From the sequence record SRR2962707_5284: a stretch of 56,408 bases of DNA; one strand, 5' to 3'. The notes under the pieces are model-generated. The model saw nothing but the letters and a program-made list of their open reading frames with translations. It was not told where the DNA came from and made no database searches. The stretch's first letter is position 1, and each line of letters begins with the position of its first letter. Position numbers and translations under genes: made by a program. Of this stretch, positions 9,315 to 18,750 are shown one piece after another.

Positions 9315-10439
9315 ATGAAATCGGGTACCAATTCGGTTACGGCCGAAACAATTGTGATTGGCGGCGGGTTGCATGGCTGCTCTACCGCTTTGCATCTTGC
9401 GCTGCGTGGTATGAAGGTCATCGTCCTTGAAAAGGATCGGGTGGGGCGTCATGCGTCAAGTGCGAATGCCGGCGGCGTGCGCCGTTTGGGCCGTGCATTG
9501 CCAGAGGTTCCGTTATCCTCGGCCTCTGCTGCGATTTGGCAAAATATCGAAGAGCTGGTGGATGACGATTGCGGGTTTGTTTCTTCCTATCAGGTCAAAC
9601 TGGCTGACACGGATGAGCAGCTTGATCAGCTTCGCGCCCGCGCGGCTCAGGTGCGTGACATGGGGTTCGAGCACGAAGAAATCATTGACCAACAAACTTT
9701 GCGCAGTTTGGTGCCAGCGGTTTCACCGGATTGTATCGGGGCCATGGCCGTTAAGGGCGATGGGTTTGCGAACCCTTTTCAATCGACAAAGGCGTTTCAC
9801 CAGAAATGCAAAAGGCTCGGCGTTGAGTTTTATGAGGGCAGCGGTGTTGAGCGTATTGAGCGTGTTGGCGCAGATTGGTCTGTGCAGACCAAGGACGGAA
9901 GCTATGTCGCGCAAAACATCGTGAATTGCGCCGGCGCGTGGGGCGGTAAAATTGCGGCGATGCTGGGCGATGATTTGCCTGTTGAAGCCCGCGCACCAAT
10001 GCTGATCATTACGGAAAAAATGCCCCCGTTTATTGAATGTGTTGCCGGGGCCCAAGGAACGCCTTTTTCGTTCAAGCAGTTCCCGAATGGCACGGTTTTG
10101 ATCGGCGGTGGCCATGTTGGTACGGCACATCCTGAGATCAATAAAACCGAGTTGGATTTCGCAGGTCTGGCCACCTATGCCATCACGGCCCAGCGATATT
10201 TCCCGATCATGAGAAATGCAAAGATTGTACGATGTTGGGCGGGGATCGAAGGGTTTATGCCGGACGGAATACCTGTCATCGGACCGGGGAAGGCTGACAA
10301 CGTTTTCCACAGTTTTGGGTACTCGGCACATGGCTATCAAATGGGGCCGATATGCGGAAAGATCCTTAGTGAACTGGTGCTGGATCGCGCGTCCACACTG
10401 CCCATTGACCCATTTAGCCCGAGCCGTTTCGCGGCCTGA
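9315..10439 (+). CDS. Second FAD-dependent oxidoreductase (OdhB2/sarcosine oxidase beta-like)
   Basis: GGGLHG, HASSANAGGVR, WAGIEG.MPDG.PVIG, GYSAHG. Confidence 0.88.
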   Translation: MKSGTNSVTAETIVIGGGLHGCSTALHLALRGMKVIVLEKDRVGRHASSANAGGVRRLGRALPEVPLSSASAAIWQNIEELVDDDCGFVSSYQVKLADTDEQLDQLRARAAQVRDMGFEHEEIIDQQTLRSLVPAVSPDCIGAMAVKGDGFANPFQSTKAFHQKCKRLGVEFYEGSGVERIERVGADWSVQTKDGSYVAQNIVNCAGAWGGKIAAMLGDDLPVEARAPMLIITEKMPPFIECVAGAQGTPFSFKQFPNGTVLIGGGHVGTAHPEINKTELDFAGLATYAITAQRYFPIMRNAKIVRCWAGIEGFMPDGIPVIGPGKADNVFHSFGYSAHGYQMGPICGKILSELVLDRASTLPIDPFSPSRFAA

Positions 10440-10818
10440 AGATCCAGTCTTGTTCACGATAGCGGGATTGAAAACCGAGCTCGGATCAGCCGCGCGAATT
10501 GGCCTCTGAAGTGGCTTTTCTGCCGTCGTCCTTAAACTGCGCGCCGTGATTAGGTTTGTATATAGGAATGAACCTTTGGATGGCGCCTGCACAGTGTTGA
10601 TACGACTGTTGAAGGGTCGATCTCAAAGAGCACTGCATTCCGAAATACCACCGAATGATAGGTGGCAGAACATGTTTCAAGAGGCGGTGTCGGTCCTGCA
10701 ATTGGGGCGTTTGGCTTTTCTGTTTTGTTATCAAGTAATTAGGATGATTTGGCTTTATATCCATTCGTTTCTAGTTGGATTCGTGATCCGCGTCGCAAAA
10801 CACAAGCGGTGACCCTGT

Positions 10819-11075
10819 CTGTTCTGGTTATCCAAAGCGTAGATGGAGCGACTGGTGGCTGACTTGCCCAATTCCTAACATTGGCCTTGCTTTGATGACG
10901 GCCCGTTTTCAAAAATAATTTTTGTCAATCGCAGCGGCTTGTATTGGCATGATGCGCCGAAGGAATATGGCCCTAACAAGGCCTTCTACACCCCCCAGAG
11001 CAGTAAGCGTAAGTGCGCGCGGATGCTGTCCCGTTTGGCCCTTGATCAAGGCGAAATGACGACGCATTCTTCGAC
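10819..11075 (+). pseudogene. Decayed IS5-family transposase fragment
   Basis: One frame reads LFWLSKA*MERLVADLPNS*HWPCFDDGPFSKIIFVNRSGLYWHDAPKEYGPNKAFY...ARMLSRLA, resembling the alphaproteobacterial IS5 N-terminus (LFWL..QM.RL...P...DD....IIF.NR.GL.W.DAP.EYGP.K.LY); stops at 10840 and 10876; end coordinate approximate. Confidence 0.8.
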
Positions 11076-11161
11076 CGACAACAAACCCAAAAGGCGGCCT
11101 GACACCAAACCGATTGAATCTTAGTTGAGCCGCAAGACTGTCCGAATATGTTGAACCACCT

Positions 11162-12106
11162 CTATGTGCTTTTGGATGGACGTCCTAACATCGGTTCAGA
11201 CATGGTGGAGATGCATTGTTGAATGCTTTCCCGTAACCAGCTATGCGCCGCGTCGGGGGTGTTATGGCGATGCCACTGCATGCTGTTTTTGTGCAGCGGT
11301 GTTTCGAAAGGCAGTTCAAAAATCCTTAAAGGCATTGTCGCGGCATAGTGGTTTGCCAAGCGCCGCTGGACTGTTGCGATACGTTGGGTGTTCAAAAGGA
11401 ACTCTGGCGTATGGTCAAATGCGCCGACAACAATCTCTGCGCGGCGCGTGACGCCGACATCAGACACGAATATCTCGTCAATGGGGGTCATGCGATAGGC
11501 GCCCAATCGAACAACAACGTGGCCTAAGCGTTCATAGGTTTGAAGTGTCAGTTCTTCGCCAATTTGATCGTTTTCATCCCAAGAAATCGCAACGAAGTCT
11601 TCGGTGTACAACGGCACCTGAGGCAAGTGAGGCTGCAAATATTGTTCAAGCGAGATGATCAGATCGATTTCACCGGACACGAATTTGTCAATTGTACGGG
11701 TTCCGGTCAAAGGCCAAATATCCAACTGCATATTTGGGGCTTTTTGTTGTATCTGGGCTGCGACTTTGGCTAGGAAAACACGGATTGAATAGTCCGGCGC
11801 GGCGATACTAAAGGATCGTTCGCTCGTTCTTGGGTCGAAGGGTTCGCGCTGGATCACATCTGACTGTACGTCCGTCAAAATGCGCCGCACGGGTTCGGCC
11901 AATTCGAGCGCGAGCTGTGTTGGCTTCATCCGTCGACCAATCGCCACAAAAAGCTCGTCGTTGAAGAATTCTCGCAAGCGACGCAGCGCGGCACTCATCG
12001 CCGACTGGCTTAGATTGATTTTTGCGGCTGCATTGGACACGGATTCTTCCGTCAGAAGTGCATCCAATGCCACTAATAGGTTCAGATCTAGCTTGTTGAA
12101 ACGCAT
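11162..12106 (-). CDS. NodD/FdeR-like LysR regulator #1
   Basis: MRFNKLDLNLLVALDALLTE.SVS.AA..INLSQSAMSAALRRLREFFNDELF is the NodD-type N-terminus; true start ATG 12106. Confidence 0.92.
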   Translation of the reverse strand: MRFNKLDLNLLVALDALLTEESVSNAAAKINLSQSAMSAALRRLREFFNDELFVAIGRRMKPTQLALELAEPVRRILTDVQSDVIQREPFDPRTSERSFSIAAPDYSIRVFLAKVAAQIQQKAPNMQLDIWPLTGTRTIDKFVSGEIDLIISLEQYLQPHLPQVPLYTEDFVAISWDENDQIGEELTLQTYERLGHVVVRLGAYRMTPIDEIFVSDVGVTRRAEIVVGAFDHTPEFLLNTQRIATVQRRLANHYAATMPLRIFELPFETPLHKNSMQWHRHNTPDAAHSWLRESIQQCISTMSEPMLGRPSKST

Positions 12107-12141
12107 CCCAATTTTCCCCCAGACACCAAAGAATGAATGAA

Positions 12142-12178
12142 ATTCATACGTCGAATTAATTCTACCAACTTGATTAAT
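12142..12178 (+). promoter_or_regulatory. nod-box-like LysR site upstream of the FAH-monooxygenase-kinase-enolase operon
   Basis: ATT-catacgtcg-AAT-taattct-ACC-aacttgatt-AAT (9/7/9 spacing). Confidence 0.6.
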
Positions 12179-12220
12179 ACTTGGGCAGGAGTCAAGTTTT
12201 GGCATCGAAAGGGAAGAGAA

Positions 12221-13207
12221 ATGAATCAAAAATTTGGATTGGTTTCGGTCAGCAAAAGTGCTGAGCAAATTGGAGCCGCAATCAGCGTGAGCGATCGTAT
12301 TTTGCCGTGTGCAACGGTTCCTGGCCTAGAAGCTTTTACGACAATTAACGCGATCCTTTCGCAGTGGGATGACGTCTTTCCGCTGCTGCAATCCACCGCA
12401 AATAATATTGCTGCCGGTAAACATGACGCGGATCTTCTTAGTTCCGAAGACGTGACCTTTCATATGCCACATACGCCGCCTCAGGTGTTTTGCACGGGCG
12501 CGAATTACCACCGTCACGTTGTTGAAATCATCATGGACCGCTTTTCAGATCGCTTTCGCGAGGATGGAAAGAGCGACGAAGAAATTCGTGACCATGTCGA
12601 AAATATGATGACAGAGCGGGCCAAGAACGGAACGCCTTACATCTTTTCGCGCATTCAATCATCTTATGCCGGACCGTTTGACGACATTGAGTTGCCAACC
12701 CATTCGACCCAACCTGACTGGGAAGCAGAGCTGGCGCTTGTCTTCAAAAAGGGCGGTACCAAGATTTCGCGGGAAAACGCGATGGACCATGTTGCAGGCT
12801 ATCTTGTGGTCAACGACATCACCAACCGCGACCAGATTTTTACCGCTGATCCTAAGGATTTGGGTGCTGACTGGCTGCATGCCAAACATAGCCCCGGGTT
12901 CTTTCCAATGGGGCCGATGATCGTACCTGCACAGTTTGTCCCAGATCCGCACAATTTACAGATCACGCTCAAGTTGAACGGGAAAACCATGCAGAATGAG
13001 AAATCAAACGACATGATTTTCGATATTCCGCGTCAGATTGAGGTGCTTAGCTCATATGCGCGGATCATGACGGGTGACGTTCTGGCAACAGGGTCACCTG
13101 CTGGAAACGGCACACATTACAACAGATATCTGCAGCCCGGTGATATCGTAGAAGTCAGCGTCGAAGGGCTGGGAACGCAAAAAAATCGCTGTGTTGCAGC
13201 GGATTAA
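12221..13207 (+). CDS. Fumarylacetoacetate hydrolase (FAH) family protein #1
   Basis: CTGANY, PDWEAEL, VNDITNRD, GSPAGNG; start ATG 12221 after GGGAAGAG. Confidence 0.92.
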   Translation: MNQKFGLVSVSKSAEQIGAAISVSDRILPCATVPGLEAFTTINAILSQWDDVFPLLQSTANNIAAGKHDADLLSSEDVTFHMPHTPPQVFCTGANYHRHVVEIIMDRFSDRFREDGKSDEEIRDHVENMMTERAKNGTPYIFSRIQSSYAGPFDDIELPTHSTQPDWEAELALVFKKGGTKISRENAMDHVAGYLVVNDITNRDQIFTADPKDLGADWLHAKHSPGFFPMGPMIVPAQFVPDPHNLQITLKLNGKTMQNEKSNDMIFDIPRQIEVLSSYARIMTGDVLATGSPAGNGTHYNRYLQPGDIVEVSVEGLGTQKNRCVAAD

Positions 13208-13228
13208 CTCAGGTTTGGGAGGACCATT

Positions 13229-14357
13229 ATGGCTATTCAAAAAGCACTCGTAATTGGCGGCGGCATTGGCGGTCTTTGTTCTGCGATTGCCCTACGACAA
13301 AAAGGGATCGAAGTTGATCTGATCGAAAAGTCGGCAGCGAATTACGTTTGGGGCATTGGTATTATCCACCAAACCAACGCTGTGCGCTGAGGCGATGCTG
13401 GGTGTCGCGGATGAAGTGCTGAAGCAAGGCTGGGGGTTCTCTGGCGGTCGCATTCACAACAAAGCAGGTCATTTGATCCAAGAAATTGCGGCCCCACCTG
13501 CCAAAGAAGGTGCGATGCCTGGCGATATGGGCATCACACGTCCGCGTCTGGCAAAGATCTTGCAGAACAGGGCAGAAGCGCTTGGCACCAAGATTACTTT
13601 TTCGATGACCTGTAATGTCACAAAAAACGGCTCCGATGGTGCGGAAGTCACCTTCAGCAACGGTGAAGTCGCAGAGTATGACTTGGTTGTCGGTGCAGAC
13701 GGCATCTATTCCGATCTGCGTAACGAGCTTTGGGGTAAAGAATTTGCGCCGAAATTCGCTGGTCAAGGCGGATGGCGTTGCAACATTCCTCGCTTGCCTG
13801 AGGTCGATCAAGTTTGGTTGTTTCTGACAGATAAAGGCAACTGTGGCCTGATGCCTTTGGCTGACGATTTGATGTATATCTGGACCACCTCCAACGAACC
13901 GGATGCGAGCTGGAAAGAAGAATCTCAACTTCCCGCCGAAATGCACGGCATCGTGTCTGAGGTTGGCGGCATCTATGGCGAAATGCGGGACAAGTATTTG
14001 GTCGAAGGTGCAGACGTTATGTACCGGCCCTTTGAATATGTTGACCTGCCACGTCCGTGGCACAAGGGCTCGGTCGTATTGATCGGGGATGCCTCACACG
14101 CGTCAACTGCGCACCTCGCACAGGGGGCTGCAATGTCGATGGAAGATGCCATTGTGTTAGCGGAAGAGATTGAAAAAGCTAGCAACACACCGGATGCGCT
14201 GATCGAATGGGAAGAGCGCCGCTATGAGCGTTGTGACTGGATGGCAAAGACATCTCTGAAAATTTGCCAGCACGAACAGGGCCTTGTCGACGATCCCGGA
14301 TTCAACCTCATGGGCACTATGATTGAAGGTCGCAAAAAGGCGATGGCCCCTTTCTAG
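13229..14357 (+). pseudogene. FAD-dependent aromatic monooxygenase, frameshifted at ~13386
   Basis: GGGAGG RBS, ATG 13229: MAIQKALVIGGGIGG...HQTNAVR then TGA at 13388. The rest (AEAMLGV...GADGIYS...IGDASHA...AQGAAM) continues in another frame. Collinear with the paralog at 29185-30306. Confidence 0.85.
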
Positions 14358-14377
14358 GCTCCCGAAGGATATAACCA

Positions 14378-15397
14378 ATGGACCACAATAGATTCGACCC
14401 GGAAGGCGCCGATTACAAAAGGCTTGTGACATCGCTCCGTGGAATGGGGCTTGTGACAAGCGCTGAACCACGGATCGTTCCTCTGACAGGTGGCGTTTCG
14501 TCTTTGATCGTTTTGGTCGAAGATGGCGATACAAAATTCTGTGCAAAAAGTGCCTTGGCGAAACTGAAAGTCGCCGAAGACTGGCTGGCGCCGGTGCACC
14601 GCAACCAGTCAGAAGTTACATGGATGCGCACTGCTGGAAAAATCGTCCCCGACGCTGTCCCAGCAGTTTTGGGGGAGGACGCGGCACAAAACGTCTTTGC
14701 GATGCAATGGTTGGACCCCAAAGAACATCCGGTCTGGAAGCAGCAGATGATGGACGGCGATGTCTCGGTCGAATTGGCGCGTCAGATGGGATCGGCATTG
14801 GGCCGCATTCACGCAGACACCGCAGGCGACGCCTCAGTTGCGGCGCAGTTTGCAAATGACGCGGATTTTGATGCGCTGCGCCTTGATCCGTATTTGCGCA
14901 CCACAGCCAAGGTTCATCCGGACGTGGCCGAGCAATTGTTTGCCATTCTGGACAAGACGGCCAGCACGGGGCTTGCCTTGATCCATGGTGATGTCAGCCC
15001 CAAAAACATCCTTACAGGCCCGAAAGGCCCTATCTTGCTGGATGCGGAATGCGCCACCTATGGCGATCCGGCTTTTGATCTGGCGTTTTGCCTGAACCAC
15101 TTGATCTTAAAGGCGGTTCATCTGCCAGATTACAAAGAGGCCTTGGCGCAAAGCTACAGGGCGATGGTGGAAAGCTACCTATCCCAAGTGAATTGGGAAC
15201 CGGTCGCAGATCTGGAAGCCCGCACTGCGGTCTTGTTGCCGGCTTTGGCTCTGGCCCGCGTCGATGGCAAATCACCGGTCGAATACTTGAGTGAAGCCGC
15301 CCGCACACAGGTGCGCGGTATGACACTTTGCCTTGTCAAAACACCAGTCGATGGACTGGACATATTACTGAAAAATTGGATGGAGAACTTGTCGTGA
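14378..15397 (+). CDS. Aminoglycoside phosphotransferase/methylthioribose-kinase-like small-molecule kinase
   Basis: LTGGVSS P-loop, HGDVSPKNIL, LLDAEC..YGDPAFDLA. Confidence 0.88.
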   Translation: MDHNRFDPEGADYKRLVTSLRGMGLVTSAEPRIVPLTGGVSSLIVLVEDGDTKFCAKSALAKLKVAEDWLAPVHRNQSEVTWMRTAGKIVPDAVPAVLGEDAAQNVFAMQWLDPKEHPVWKQQMMDGDVSVELARQMGSALGRIHADTAGDASVAAQFANDADFDALRLDPYLRTTAKVHPDVAEQLFAILDKTASTGLALIHGDVSPKNILTGPKGPILLDAECATYGDPAFDLAFCLNHLILKAVHLPDYKEALAQSYRAMVESYLSQVNWEPVADLEARTAVLLPALALARVDGKSPVEYLSEAARTQVRGMTLCLVKTPVDGLDILLKNWMENLS

Positions 15398-16677
15398 GCA
15401 CGTTGATCGAAGACATCAGAGCCCGACGCATTTGGGATAGCCGTGGCCGTCCTACGGTTGAAGTTGACGTGCGTTTGCAGAATGGCAAACGCGGTCGCGG
15501 GGTTGCGCCTGCCGGTGCCTCACGTGGTGTAAACGAAGCCGTTGATTTGCGTGATGGTGGGGACCGTTTTGGTGGCATGGATGTGACCAACGCGCTGGCC
15601 AAAATCAAAACTGATGTGGCCCCTGCAATCATCGGGTTGGACGCAATGGACCAACGCGCCGTCGACAACGCGCTGATCGCGCTGGACGACTCGCCGAACA
15701 AAGCAAACATCGGCGGCAATACGACGGTTGCGACCTCGATGGCGGTTCTGCGTGCAGCGGCAACCTCGTCTGGGGGGGCGCTGTGGCGTTACCTCGCGGA
15801 TGGCAAAAACGTCCGCCTTCCATTGCCCGAAATCCAGATCTTCGGTGGCGGGGCCCATGCGGGACGTCGCGTTGATATTCAGGACTTCATGATCATGCCG
15901 TTGGGCGCTGAAAGCTTCAGCCATGCCATGGAAATGGTTTGCAACGTCTATGCCGCGGCGGGCGAGCTGATGTCGCAAAAAGCGCCATTAACCGGCGTGG
16001 CGGACGAGGGCGGTTACTGGCCAAACTTCGACAACAACGAAGAAGCTTTGGACATGCTGACCAAGTCGATCGAGCGGGCAGGGTACAACAACGACCAAGT
16101 GATGATCTCGCTGGATATTGCGGCCTCTGAATTCCATGACAATGGTCAGTACCGTTTGGGCCTCGAAGACCGCGCCTATGACACCGGCGAATGGATCGAC
16201 GTGTTGGGCCGCTGGATCGATACCTACCCGATCATCTCAATCGAAGATCCTGTGGACGAGCTGGACCACGACGGCATGGTCGAATTCACCAAACGTTTCG
16301 GCAGTCGTTTGCAAATCATTGGTGACGACTACCTCGTGACCTCGGCTGATCGCGTGAAACAAGCGCAAGAGATCGGGGCTTGTAACGCGGTTCTGATCAA
16401 AGCCAACCAGGTTGGCACGATCTCGGAAACCTTCGACACGCTGGAAGCGGCGCGCGCCAAAGATTGGGGTACGATTGTTTCGGCGCGTTCAGGTGAAACC
16501 GAAGACACCATCATTTCTGATCTGTCCACCGGTTGGGACGCGGGTCAGTTGAAGGTTGGATCTTTCACGCGCTCTGAGCGTCTGGCCAAATGGAACCAAG
16601 TGCTGCGCATGGAAGACATGCTGGGTGACAAGGCCGTCTATGCTGGCCGCAGCGCACTGCCGAAAGGTCTTCGCTGA
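15394..16677 (+). CDS. eno: Divergent enolase paralog
   Basis: DSRGRPTVEV, PAGASRG, GGAHA, DEGG, LDIAASEF, SIEDP, GDD, LIKANQ, SARSGETED, QLKVGS; GTG overlaps the kinase stop. Confidence 0.9.
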   Translation: MSTLIEDIRARRIWDSRGRPTVEVDVRLQNGKRGRGVAPAGASRGVNEAVDLRDGGDRFGGMDVTNALAKIKTDVAPAIIGLDAMDQRAVDNALIALDDSPNKANIGGNTTVATSMAVLRAAATSSGGALWRYLADGKNVRLPLPEIQIFGGGAHAGRRVDIQDFMIMPLGAESFSHAMEMVCNVYAAAGELMSQKAPLTGVADEGGYWPNFDNNEEALDMLTKSIERAGYNNDQVMISLDIAASEFHDNGQYRLGLEDRAYDTGEWIDVLGRWIDTYPIISIEDPVDELDHDGMVEFTKRFGSRLQIIGDDYLVTSADRVKQAQEIGACNAVLIKANQVGTISETFDTLEAARAKDWGTIVSARSGETEDTIISDLSTGWDAGQLKVGSFTRSERLAKWNQVLRMEDMLGDKAVYAGRSALPKGLR

Positions 16678-17633
16678 TGAAAGCCATCCTTCATTACCGC
16701 GCAGGTCCGATCCTGCGCCAAACCCTCGCGGATAATCCGCCAGCGGGCTGGGACGTTGTCGTTGTCGATGAAACCGACGTTGAAACGTTTGAGCGTGAGC
16801 TGGCAGATGCCGATGTGCTGTTGCACGTTTTGCAGCCAATTGGTCGCGATCAAATGGAAAAAGCGCCCAAGCTGAAGCTGATCCAAAAGATCGGCGTTGG
16901 GGTCGACACGATTGATCTTGTTGCGGCCGAGGAACTTGGCATCGGTGTGGCCAACATGCCGGGCACCAACTCTCAAGCCGTAGCTGAAATAGCGATTGGC
17001 CTGATGCTGTCTGTTCTGCGTCAGATCCCGATGTTCGATGCGTCGATGCGCAAAGGCACGGGCTGGTCGATGCCACCTGAACAGCTAGAACGGTCGGGCG
17101 AGATTTCGGGCCGCACCGTAGGCTTCATTGGCTTTGGTGAAGTGCCTCGTCGCATCGCGCCAATCCTGACAGGCTTCGGGGCCAAGATCATCTATCACGA
17201 TATGGTCGAACACGATGGGTTTGGTGCGACGAAGCGCAGCCAGGAAGACGTGATGACCGAGGCTGATATCGTCTCGCTTCACGTGCCCTTGGTCGACAGC
17301 ACCCGTGAATTGATCCGCGCTGAAAACATCGCGAAGATGAAAGATGGCGCAGTCCTGATCAACACGGCTCGTGGCGGTCTGGTCAACGAAGCCGATCTTT
17401 TTGAGGCGCTGCAAAGCGGCAAACTACTCGGAGCGGGGCTGGACGTTTTGAACCAGGAACCCGCACCCAAAGAGACCCCGCTACTGTCTCTGCCGAACGT
17501 CGTGGCGTTGCCGCATGTTGCCTGGCTCACGCCTGAGACCATCACGCGCAGTTTGGACGTCGCCTTCAAGAACGCTGAGCTGGCCGTGAAGGGCAGCGAT
17601 CTTATCAATCAAATCAAACCCGTGAAGCGCTAA
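16677..17633 (+). CDS. D-2-hydroxyacid dehydrogenase family protein
   Basis: GVGVDTID, GFIGFG, INTARGGLV, GLDV..QEP, LPHVA; TGATG coupling. Confidence 0.92.
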   Translation: MKAILHYRAGPILRQTLADNPPAGWDVVVVDETDVETFERELADADVLLHVLQPIGRDQMEKAPKLKLIQKIGVGVDTIDLVAAEELGIGVANMPGTNSQAVAEIAIGLMLSVLRQIPMFDASMRKGTGWSMPPEQLERSGEISGRTVGFIGFGEVPRRIAPILTGFGAKIIYHDMVEHDGFGATKRSQEDVMTEADIVSLHVPLVDSTRELIRAENIAKMKDGAVLINTARGGLVNEADLFEALQSGKLLGAGLDVLNQEPAPKETPLLSLPNVVALPHVAWLTPETITRSLDVAFKNAELAVKGSDLINQIKPVKR

Positions 17634-17674
17634 GGCGTTCCGGAATAGCCATAAAGCTATCTTAGGAGGATAAA

Positions 17675-18670
17675 ATGGCACGTAAGCTACTCTCAAAATT
17701 GACCCATCTGGTCCTGACGACCCCGAAACTCGAAGAGTCGTTCAAATTCTACCATGACGTTATCGGCCTTGAACTGTCAGGCAAGGAAAACGGATCCTAC
17801 TTTATGCGGGGTTGGGGTGAGCACTACATGCACTCCATCGAGCTGAAGGAAGGTCCCGTAGGTTCTGTCGAATGCATCGGCTGGCGCGCACAGGGTGAAG
17901 AAGAGCTCGAGCTGGCTGTCGCCGCTATCGAAGCTACCGGCCAAGGCATTGGTTGGGTTGAGCCAAACTTTGGCCGTGGTCGTGCTTACCGCTACATGGA
18001 CAAATCTGGTCACCAGCACGAAGTGTATTGGGATGTTGTTCGCTACAAGGCGCCAGCTGACGAAGCCCCAATTTTCCCCAACCGTGCGCAGCGCTACAAG
18101 CCACGGGGTTGTGCCGTGCGTGAGATCGACCACGTGACAATCAACAGCCCGGATATCGAAGGTGATATTAAGTGGTTTGGCGAAACTTTGGGTCACCAGT
18201 ACATGGAATTCATTGAAACACCTGACAACAAAAAGGTGTTTGCAATGACCACAACAGGAGAACGCGGTCACGACATGGCCATCGTGCCTGAGCTGCCCGG
18301 TCTGCGTGGTCGTGTAAACCACATCGCTTTCTGGTGTGACCAGCGTGTTGAAATGTACCGTGCAGCTGAAGTTCTGCTTGATGCGGGTGTCCACATTGAA
18401 TTTGGTCCAGGCCGTCACGGTTTGGGTGAGCAAGACTTCTTGTACATCCGTGAACCATCTGGTCTGCGCATCGAATTCAACGCAGGTGGTTACCGTTTGG
18501 CGCAGCCTGACTGGGAACCCGTTGGTTGGAAAGTCTCCGAAGGTGCGAACGATTGGTACAAAAACCAGACGCCTCCGCACTCCATGTTCGAAAGCTTCCC
18601 AGCTGAAGCAGAAGTTGAAGCTTCGGAAGAAGCGAAACAGTACTTCCGCGACACAACATTCTTCGAATAA
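17675..18670 (+). CDS. Extradiol ring-cleavage dioxygenase (catechol 2,3-dioxygenase-like, VOC)
   Basis: IDHVT, HDMAI, VNHIAF, GPGRHG, FLYIREPSGLRIE metal/catalytic motifs; strong TAGGAGGA RBS. Confidence 0.92.
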   Translation: MARKLLSKLTHLVLTTPKLEESFKFYHDVIGLELSGKENGSYFMRGWGEHYMHSIELKEGPVGSVECIGWRAQGEEELELAVAAIEATGQGIGWVEPNFGRGRAYRYMDKSGHQHEVYWDVVRYKAPADEAPIFPNRAQRYKPRGCAVREIDHVTINSPDIEGDIKWFGETLGHQYMEFIETPDNKKVFAMTTTGERGHDMAIVPELPGLRGRVNHIAFWCDQRVEMYRAAEVLLDAGVHIEFGPGRHGLGEQDFLYIREPSGLRIEFNAGGYRLAQPDWEPVGWKVSEGANDWYKNQTPPHSMFESFPAEAEVEASEEAKQYFRDTTFFE

Positions 18671-18687
18671 GTTCTTTTGAGCTAACC

Positions 18688-18733
18688 ACTGTCTCCAATT
18701 GAAGGCCTGGCTTTCGATTGGGGACAGTTTTTA
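18688..18733 (+). terminator. Rho-independent terminator after the dioxygenase
   Basis: ACTGTCTCCAATTGAA...TTCGATTGGGGACAGT stem followed by a T run. Confidence 0.75.
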
Positions 18734-18750
18734 TTAGTTTAAAAGCGAGC

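Noticed and set aside
17777-18580. 267-aa antisense ORF over the dioxygenase (similarly 9723-10592, 13362-14063, 28155-28799, 38540-39199, 41553-42203, 52109-52756)
   Set aside because: Shadow ORFs explained by codon bias of the real genes on the opposite strand; no motifs.
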